The notes beneath the pieces are model-generated. The model made no database searches, was not told the DNA's origin, and saw only the letters and a program-made list of their open reading frames with translations. Both the position numbers and the translations under genes were made by a program. Shown here piece after piece: positions 56,701 through 64,000 of a stretch of 64,000 bases of DNA. The DNA is from Amoebophrya sp. A120. Its lineage: Eukaryota > Protista > Dinoflagellata. Each line of letters opens with the position of its first letter. The stretch's first letter is position 1. The stretch lies in assembly GCA_905178155.1 (NCBI GenBank), contig CAJINV010000001.1, forward strand, positions 11,102,163 through 11,166,162. The letters run 5' to 3'.

Positions 56701-57982
56701 AGTGAGCAACATCATTTTTCGGCAAATCACAGATGCGTGGAAAAAGAAGGCGAAAAACGCTACTGAAAGCACGCTTGATGTGGATCGTCGCAAGAGACGA
56801 GACAAGCAGACACAAACCGCATCATGTAAACTCGCCCATGTAGCGTCGCAAGTAGATGTAGATCTTGATGCACTTCCGGCACAGCTCTCAGCGCAGCAGC
56901 TTACTTCATCGTCTGAGAGCTCCGAGAAGAAGGAAGCGCCTTCGCGAACTAGGTCGACAACCACAGTGACAGCAAGTGCGTCCGCTTTTTGTCCGACTCG
57001 GAATCAGCGTGTCGGAGGACGGTTGAGCTGCAAACGCCACAAGCCTGCCTCGCTGGCACGACCGTCTGGGGCGGACGAGCGCCGGAGGGTTTTCAAAGGT
57101 CGCAACGGGTACTACCCATTCAGTCCGGAGCGTCCTCGAGAGACGACGGCTTCGAAGCGTAAATCCGTTTCGAAAAAGCGAAAATCTTCATCTCCTTCGA
57201 AGGAGAGAAGAAAAAAGAGAAAAAAAAGCGAAAAAGTCGAAGACGAGGACAGCAGTGGCGACGGCAGCAGTACAAGTAGCAGTGACAGCGTAAGCGACAG
57301 CGAGCCAGCTTCAAAGCGTCGAAAGAGAAGCCACAGCCGACGGAAGGAGAGAAGAAAGTCAAAATCCGTCCGTCGGAGAGAGAAAAGTCGAAAAAGCTAT
57401 TCAAAAAAAAGAGCTGAAGTAGAAGTCAGCAAGGAAAAGTGCGGAAAAATAAAGCGCACACACGCGGCGGCGGCCCGAGATGACCAGCCTGCGCGGTCAG
57501 CCATGTTGACCGAGGAATCAAGCGAAATAAATGTAGCTCCTCCTGCTCCTGCGACATTAGCGCCTCTAGTATTGGAGCCCAACGAAGCTTCCGCATCGTC
57601 TAACAGTAACAGACCAGCAGTTGTGCTTCTGGAACCTGCCGCGCATACGGGCATAGCCACGCCGCGGCACGACCGTAGAGGTGTGGACGGACCGGCAGTG
57701 TTACCGGGCACGCCGTCCTCTCCGCGGGCGCGACCAAAATCTCCGGTCGTATCGCCCCCACGCATGGTGCCCCAGCAGGGAACAAGACTCGTGAAGTTCG
57801 GAGGGGTGGAGCTTGTTGCAAGGAAGAGCAACATGAACGATACGCCTGCTAGTAGACCAGGAGCAAACACAAAAGGGGAAAGCCGGGGCAATGCTAGGAA
57901 GCACTACAATGTGGACGACTACGACGCGAGGGCTACTTTTCGCGACCGCGCAAATCACCACCACTACTACTTCCGAAAATAG
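53780..57982 (+). CDS. Intronless 1400-aa protein with N-terminal GHKL (Bergerat-fold) ATPase-like domain and K/R/S-rich tail
   Basis: DELVQNFDD (N-box) and KGCFGDGLNSA (G2 box), then GIYVK and LFGYNL..RDR; basic NLS-like C-terminal region. Confidence 0.65.
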   Translation: MPPVTLVTREDAEREELEHELRSRTSRTGTACNVRIVAAHGLDDVARATRKSRKDENRPVTSALPEPEGCVPKYEFPDMSPSVGEEREQGLQELAMELRQQQQGKTGYTLLNLEKGSARSACWGDEAAMDELVQNFDDQIRLRVPEAIRNVVAFEKQSFSAKGSHGGRVYLLDNKKGRAPSSKAGSSAPKKSFLGCVMVCDPYIYLCNYKTIFRPRNLIIGYTGTEKKGENAKTAKGCFGDGLNSALSKLLEMQRDVVIITCGFVYTFGYGTADSAKDVQQLRYSLSDYAAYMRDKKAERSRPKGFSRAAQHVESAIPPELHFDSAQDTLVRIYIPQFALNYSRYLFFLLPKDLAPVRTHRDPEGRRQGKELAASARKAKSFGTTLQNSCAKADVVGRCEVLTGEGACGGIYVKEMRVVEPPRRRTSTKAKSCTYGDNFLGPLSASFGGNDATSNPLLFGYNLLDFKMEHRDRLNSLRDEVRRGAVARAWASFLQSDWISRDERESLAIMFLERLLAFFQISKPKDEPPSVEASSSAVPPNHTTIKGSAAIPFELRVLCEDRTDETAVIVQYLQEAFHKKFKNALPFCVKNGSPSAAAGVADSENRERQIIVDLGKIPIPVPDQLHQVLSEGRESAEREYERACLQELQDHAPVLEGCEAPEMLGCSENAFGAVRSALEQGLQAVLPPDVLERNQVHLDIVFGQATTAQCVALVSGPERSEFQFSGFGWEELDARAFRVDETTLVNGRPIFRAERNLRETHQRIELFLYYTRRSTNLSCGPDEQQNFSSNGSGVGSYAIQKFSPENLQEVRSLTGIAFYPLAELIGEADFWIYERSSWRVHFQNIGKHFSPARPVEAFSFVEKKVEVVATGPTSATPAAKKNSARERIDIFANWTAYKSRFLLREKEKTAGVAGRRAEDDTDESSSSSDAEQGGRFGEMHCFVSESLKAVRKGFQKLRIPQPQFADGGGDDCVTVSNIIFRQITDAWKKKAKNATESTLDVDRRKRRDKQTQTASCKLAHVASQVDVDLDALPAQLSAQQLTSSSESSEKKEAPSRTRSTTTVTASASAFCPTRNQRVGGRLSCKRHKPASLARPSGADERRRVFKGRNGYYPFSPERPRETTASKRKSVSKKRKSSSPSKERRKKRKKSEKVEDEDSSGDGSSTSSSDSVSDSEPASKRRKRSHSRRKERRKSKSVRRREKSRKSYSKKRAEVEVSKEKCGKIKRTHAAAARDDQPARSAMLTEESSEINVAPPAPATLAPLVLEPNEASASSNSNRPAVVLLEPAAHTGIATPRHDRRGVDGPAVLPGTPSSPRARPKSPVVSPPRMVPQQGTRLVKFGGVELVARKSNMNDTPASRPGANTKGESRGNARKHYNVDDYDARATFRDRANHHHYYFRK

Positions 57983-58822
57983 CGTAGCACTATTCTTGCA
58001 ATCTATCATCACTACATCATCATATGATAGATGCTGGAACTACTGGATGTTCCGCTTCTTGTGCCCGATCCTGTGCAACCCGAAAACGCAGAGTCAAGAG
58101 CAAGAAAGAACATGATTAGGATGGAGATGATGAAGATGTCCTCAGTCAAGGCAATAATCCTTGAAATATTTCGGGCTGACGACGAGGAAAGCAAGCACAT
58201 ATATGAATATGCGAACATAAACATTGCAGTTGCACTGCATGAGCCTGCTGTTGTTCTAAGTCTAAGTTCATTTGTGCTTTGTTGATTGCTGTGCTCTGAT
58301 TGCGGTATAACAAAGTGAAGAGGTTTAGTCTGATGAAGATCTCAGCCTTTGCCTTTCGTCTGATCGCCGCATCATTTTCGGGAAATGCATGCAGCAGGTG
58401 CTGCATAGCGAACACTGCGACTTCGCTAGGATTAAACAAAGTATTGTGACTTCTGCTTCGCGCAAACAAGGATACTCAGGACGGCGTCACGATCTCGAAT
58501 TTGAAAACGGCCTGTTGCGACTCAAATAGATTTTAGAACCTCCACAGTTGTACTATGAGTATGATACAACTCGGGAAAACACAGTCGTGAAGGAAGGCGC
58601 TATCATGTGATACCTGCCAGCCAGCTCCAGCTTAGCCTTAGTGTAGCTCGCGAGTAGGAAAAATATACTTCTAGTAGTTAACTGAGTTGCAAAGCGAATA
58701 ACGTACGGAGATGGTCCCAGTACAAGTAGAACGCTCTCAACCCGATATCTTTTGAAGCGTGGCAATAAAGAAGAAATATTGGCCCACCGGCCTTGTTGTT
58801 ACCTCGTGTCATTTTAGCCCAA

Positions 58823-61800
58823 AGATGGCGGAGCAGGTGCGCGTGAAGCGCGAGGCGGAGTCACCGGACGAGGGGGCTGCCGCAGCGAAGCGGGTAAAGG
58901 CGGAGCCGCAGGAAGAGGAGCAGAACGTGAAAGCGGCGGGATCAAAGTCTTCCACGAATAACCCCGACAAAAAAGCGGAAAAGCCTGTGCAGCTGAAAAA
59001 GGAGCCGCCAAGCGCAGATGGGAACAGCAAGGACAAAGTGGTGAAAGTGAAGAAGGAACAAAATAAGAAAAACGATCAACAAATAGAGGTAAAGTACAAC
59101 GGGGAGATCGATGCGAACATCGACGTAGAGAACTGGGCCACGCAAAAATTAGACCACCAGTCCAGGATACTTCTCAGCATAAATATGCTTGACGCAAAAG
59201 TGGAAGAGAGCCAGGCCGCGCTCTACTGGATCTGCGACGCGAGAACGCTTAAGAAGGCGACCAGCTGCATATCCATGATCTGTACAAAAAAAGTTCATGA
59301 TGTTGATTCGTATAGATACTGTTGCAGGACGAACTCCATACCTAAATCAAAAGCACTCGAGCAGCTTATCAATCTGCTCGCCGCCGTTCCCAAAACCAAA
59401 AGCAAAACCTGGTCCCATTTGCGATAAATATCAGGTAAGAAGGCCGCAATCCGAGCACACACGGATTGCATCTACATCACGGGCATGGATGAAGGTCGCA
59501 CTTGTGTTTGCGAGTGCAAAATTGGCGCTGCTGCGTTCACGAAGTTTCAGAGCAAGGTAGACAAATTCCAGCTCGGCATAGAACTCGAAACCCTGCAGAA
59601 AGTTCTTGCGCCTTTCAAGGAACATGACATGGTACACAAAAATACATTTTTCTTTTTTTCGAAATGTAAACGAGTAAACGCTAGTCTGCTACGAGGACAA
59701 GCACATTTGGACGATCTGTTTGGATCTCGATAAAGAAGCAAGAAAAGTTGCCGCGCAAGTTGGGATTGGGTTGTTTTGGATGCATTATATTTCTAAGTTT
59801 ATAGTATAACTACAAGGCCGCAGCTTATGTCGCGCAGTGGGAGGGTGAACGAGTGGACAGGGGGGAAAGAAAAACGCCAGAGGGTGGGCAAGGGAAAAAA
59901 TTTTTGATGCAGTGCGGGGCCAGGCATCTGCGCCGCTGGCTTCTTGCTGAAAGAACGAAGGCGGAGAGCCATGGCGCCCGTGGTTCCCGTCGTTGTGCGA
60001 GCGCGAGGACTCCGCCCGCACTGTGCGCGCGCTTGCGTGGCGGCAAGCCCTAGGCCCCAACAACAACGCAAAGCGCGGCAGCGGGCAGGCGCCAGTGGAT
60101 GGAGGAAGGAAGCAGGGGAACAGTCCGCGCCATGCGAGGCGCTGGCGCGTGACGCCCCGCCCGCGCGTCTGCGGTGTGGCCCGTTCGTGCCGCCTGCCTG
60201 TTTGCCCCGCCCCTGCGCGCCTTGGCGCCACCCCCCGCCCTTCTCCCGCGCGCAGCCTTGCAGAGCAGGGGCTCGCTGGGGCCCCTGTCGCGCGCGTGGA
60301 TGGAGGACGGGCGCCGGGGTGGGGCATTAATTGCCCTCCAGGCGCAGGGGCCCACCACCCTCCCCCAGTACCCCCGGACAACAACGGCGCCCCCCGCGTT
60401 AGCTCGCACGCAATCTGTCCCGCCCCCGCCTGCTTCCCTCGCGCGCACCCTCCAAGACAGAGACGGCGGACGGTGGCGCCCTTTGCCGGCCTCCTCGTGA
60501 GCCAACAGTGGGAGGGCGCCGGGGGAGGGTGGTGGGCAGCTGCTCGCCTGCAAGCGTGGTGCTAGCTGGGGCGCTGCTTTCCCTGCGCGAACAGAGGCAG
60601 GGCGCCGGGGGAGGGTGGTGGGCAGCTGCTCGCCTGGTGCTTGGCCGCCGGCGGCGTTCGCAGGCACGCCGTGCGTGCCCCCCGCCGTCTGTGCGCCCTC
60701 CGCCCGTGCTCCCCGTCTTCCCCGTGCCCCCCACCCGCCTTCCCCGTGCTTCCCGCTTTCCCCGTGCTTCCCGCTTTCTCTGTGCTCCCCGCTTTCCCCG
60801 TGCCTCCCGCTGTCCCCGTGCTTCCCGTTTTCCCCGTGCTTCCCGCTTTCCCCGTGCTTCCCGCTTTCCCCGCGCTTCCCGTTTTCCCCGTGCCTCCCGC
60901 TTTCCCCGTGCTTCCCGCTTTCCCCAAGCTGCAAAACCGGGGCGGCAGGGTTTTGGGAGATTGTTGCGAAATATTTTCGCCTGGGAATATTTCTCGGGGA
61001 TTCATTGCAAAATATTTCGGGTCGCAAAATATTTTCGGTCGCGAAATATTTTCGGTCGCGAAATATTTTGGGCCGCGAAATATTTTGGGCCGCGAAATAT
61101 TTTGGATCGCAAAATGGACTTGCGAAATATTTTGAGTTGCAAAATATTTGAACTTGCGAAATATTTTGAGCCGCAAAATATTTGAAGTCGCCAAATGTTT
61201 GGAGTTGCAAAATATTTGGAGCTGCGAAATATTTCGAGTTGCGGTGGGACTTGGGCGATTCGCCGTCTGCGATGGGGCTTCGTTCCTTGGGCGATTCGCC
61301 GTTGGGCGATTCGCCGTCTGTGATGGGACTTGGGCGATTCGCCGTTCGGCGATTCGCCGTTTTCCATGGGACTTGGGCGATTCGTTGTTGGGCGGTTCGC
61401 CGTTTGCCATGGGACTTGGGCGCTTCGCCGTTGGCCGTTGGCCGATTTCGCAAATCGCGACAGCTTTGGAAAGTCGGAAAACTGGCAAAAAATTTTCGGC
61501 GTGGGCGATTTTCCTCCGCGTTGCAAAATTCTAACTGCCCCTGCTCAGCAGGAAAGCTGTAAAACCGGGGACGCGGGTTTTTGAGAGATTGTTGCAAAAT
61601 ATTTCCGTCAGAAAATATTTTTCGGGGATTGCAAAATATTCGGGGTCGCGAAATATTTTTGGTCACGAAATATTTGGGGTCGCAAAATATTTTGGGTCGC
61701 GAAATATTTTGGGTCGCAAAATATTTTGCGTCCCAAAATTATTGGACTTGCGAAATATTTTGCGTCGCAAAATATTTGGACTTGCGAAACATTTTGAGTT

Positions 61801-62961
61801 GCAAAATATTTGGACTTGCGAAATATTAACTTTGGGCCGCGAAATATTTGAAGGCGCAAAACGTTTGGAGTTGCAAAATGTTTCGAATTGCGATGGGACT
61901 TGGGCGATTCGCCGTTTGCGATGGGACTTGGGCGATTCGCCGTTGGGCGACTCGCCGTTTGCCATGGGACTTGGGCGATTTGCCGTTGGCCGTTGGCCGA
62001 TTTCGCAAATCGCGACAGCTTTGGAAAGTTTGAAAACTGCAAAAAAACTTCCGACGTGGGCGATTTTCTTTCCCGGCGCAAAATTTTAACTCACACCGCT
62101 CAGCAATAGGAGTTATAAGGGTCAGTCAAGGTCAAGAGCTGAAGGACTCTGAATCTACTTATTTCTCTTCGTACTTATTGATTCCTGTACTACCTAGGTC
62201 GTGTTCTGCATGGAGAACCAGAATGACGACTGCATCAAGATCCAAGGCTACCACACATACAAGAGGAACAACGAGTTTGCCTACCTGAAAGTTCGCCTTA
62301 TGCACGACGACCTCGCAGACGCCATCGGCCTGGGCGTTGGACTGGAAGACAATGACATGTGGAACCTCTTAGAAATGAGCAGCTCGGAGTTCTCGGAAAT
62401 TTTCAAAGACTACAAGGATCTGACCACCCAGAAAGACGGTACGCACAGGAAGAACCTGCTTTGTTCGTCATTTTTGGGATCTTGTTTCCCTGATAGGAAT
62501 CGGTCTACTCCTCGACATGCTTGTTTCCTACTTATGATTTTGTGCAAATTTTTCTGATGAAAAAAAGTATCACTACTAGCTCCAGCACTTTGGAGGAAAT
62601 CGAAATCATGCATTACTACACGACGACAGATAAACCTGGCGTGCATAAGCTGGTCGAGGTCAAGTACACAGTGGACAAGAAGTTTATTGTGGCCCTTCCT
62701 GGCGACGTCGCGGGCGTCACCGGCAGCACAACACTCCAGGAGGGCGGGGTGTTGAAGATGTTGAAGCCGCCAGAACCCGAGGAGGGGGACTTTTGTCAAT
62801 GTGTCAACGCGGACTACATCGCCAAATTTGGCCCAATTGGCTCCGCGATAAGCGACAGAGTAAAGCTCTTCATGAAGGATAACTACCCCTTTGTGGTTCA
62901 GTTCAAAGACGACAAGGGTCACCAAGCGAACTTCTACATCATCCCGAGGGTTGGCGGATAG
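58823..62961 (+). CDS. PCNA: Divergent PCNA (DNA sliding clamp) with Lys-rich N-terminal extension
   Basis: Exons 58823-59281, 59435-59631, 62198-about 62440, about 62586-62961. TLKKA, ITGMDEGRTCV, LGIELETLQKVL, MSSSEFSEIFKD, ISDRVKLFMKDNYPFVVQF and FYIIPR align collinearly with PCNA motifs. Confidence 0.8.
60735..60926. repeat. 18-bp tandem repeat GCTTCCCGCTTTCCCCGT
   Basis: About 10 copies. Confidence 0.9.
60930..62105. repeat. Two tandem blocks of about 0.6 kb, each made of GCGAAATATTTT(GGGTC) units followed by GGGCGATTCGCCGTT units
   Basis: Blocks start AAAACCGGGG at about 60933 and about 61561 and both end in ...GCTCAGCA. Confidence 0.85.
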
Positions 62962-63054
62962 AACTGGAAGTGAGTTGGCGGATAGAACTAGAAGTGAGTA
63001 CATATGTGGTGCAATAAAGCGCCAGTAAACTACCTGGTTTTCAATGTGTTTCTG

Positions 63055-64000
63055 ACTAGCCTTATCCCGCTTCCCGTGTCCAGTTGTAACCTGCTGACTT
63101 AATAGTATTCCGCTAGATGAATAGTAGCACTTCTCATCGTCTCTCTGTGGAGAATCGTTGTCGGCGCTTCAGCACAGGTAGGCCCATCTGCCGGCGATTT
63201 TCAAAGCGGGAGAACGGCTTTGGCACGATCCGGCACCGGCCGGCGCGGAGGGCAGGTTGGCCTTTGCCGTCATCTTGCATGCTGGCACCGGCGGGGCCGC
63301 GATCTGGCGGCGGGGGGCGGGCATGGTCGGGCACCGGCTCGGCGAGGGCCCGACACCGGCGTGGCTAGGGTCCGGCACCGGCTTGGGCATGATCGGGGGG
63401 GCACCGGCACGGCCATGACCTGGCACCGGCGTGGCCACGACCTGGCACCGCCTTGGCCATGATTTGGCACCGACTTGGCCGCGGCCGGGCACTTGCAGGC
63501 ATGGCCATGATCCCGCACCGGTTTGGCTATGCTCGGGCACAGGCAGGCAGGCTTGGCCATGATTCACCTGGCACCGGCTTGGCCACGACCTGGCACCGCA
63601 CCGGCTTGGCCATGATCTGGCACCGGCTTGGCTTTGTTACTTATGAGATGATCTGGCCCCGGCTTGGCCATGATTGATTTGGCGCCGGCTTCGGCTTGGC
63701 CACGACGGACCCGGGGCCGGCTTGGCTTTGCCATGATCTGGAACCGGCTTGGCAGTGGCCTGAGCGAGCGCCGGCCTTGCCGTGATCTGGCACCGACCGG
63801 CCTGGCCACGACCTGGCACCGGCCTGCTTCGAGGCTTCGCTGCTTCGGGGCTTCGCTGCTTCGAGGTTGCGCCGCTTCGGGGCTTCGCTGCTTCGGGGCC
63901 TCGAGGCTTCGCTGCTTCGAGGCTTCGAGGCTCTGCTGCTTCGAGGCTCTCCTGCTTCGAGGCTTCGCTGCGTCGAGGCTTCGCTGCTTCGAGGCTTCGC
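63055..64000 (-). mobile_element. Second, inverted copy of the satellite-laden element (truncated by the window end)
   Basis: 63055 to about 63825 is the diverged reverse complement of about 11050-11823, including TTAATAGTATTCCGC (63099-63113) and the CTAG terminus. Confidence 0.85.
63826..64000. repeat. 16-bp tandem repeat GCTTCGAGGCTTCGCT
   Basis: About 10 copies to the window end. Confidence 0.9.

Larger units (their letters stand above)
59800..62120. mobile_element. Composite repeat-rich insertion in PCNA intron 2
   Basis: GC-rich non-coding block, 18-bp, about 17-bp and 15-bp arrays, internal duplication of about 0.6 kb; weak end inverted repeat TATAACT/AGTTATA. Confidence 0.55.

Noticed and set aside
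60050-62109. 538-aa and other ORFs
   Set aside because: Translations of tandem repeats inside the PCNA intron.
1-64000. tRNA, rRNA, spliced-leader or snRNA genes
   Set aside because: None recognised by eye; a covariance-model scan would be needed.

Overview
Eukaryotic genomic DNA, about 50-55% GC. It most resembles a syndinian (Amoebophrya-like) dinoflagellate; this is inferred from gene architecture, not from a search. All ten inferred genes and a LINE lie on the + strand. The genes are: four large multi-exon secreted/surface proteins (one Cys-rich, two sharing a helical repeat, one with PAN/apple-like modules), two unknown proteins, a PLAC8-like protein, a RAP-domain protein, an intronless GHKL-type ATPase-like protein and a divergent PCNA. 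The dominant feature is about a dozen non-canonical introns. Their ends are terminal inverted repeats (TIRs) flanked by 2-6 nt direct repeats, and their removal restores the reading frame. They belong to several unrelated TIR families, and two have absorbed kb-sized nested insertions. Also present: a 5'-truncated RTE-like LINE with a 15-bp target-site duplication, and Helitron/Helentron-like non-autonomous elements carrying hairpin-forming satellite arrays. Exon boundaries were inferred by eye and need RNA-seq confirmation. There is a 500-N scaffold gap at 8303-8802.
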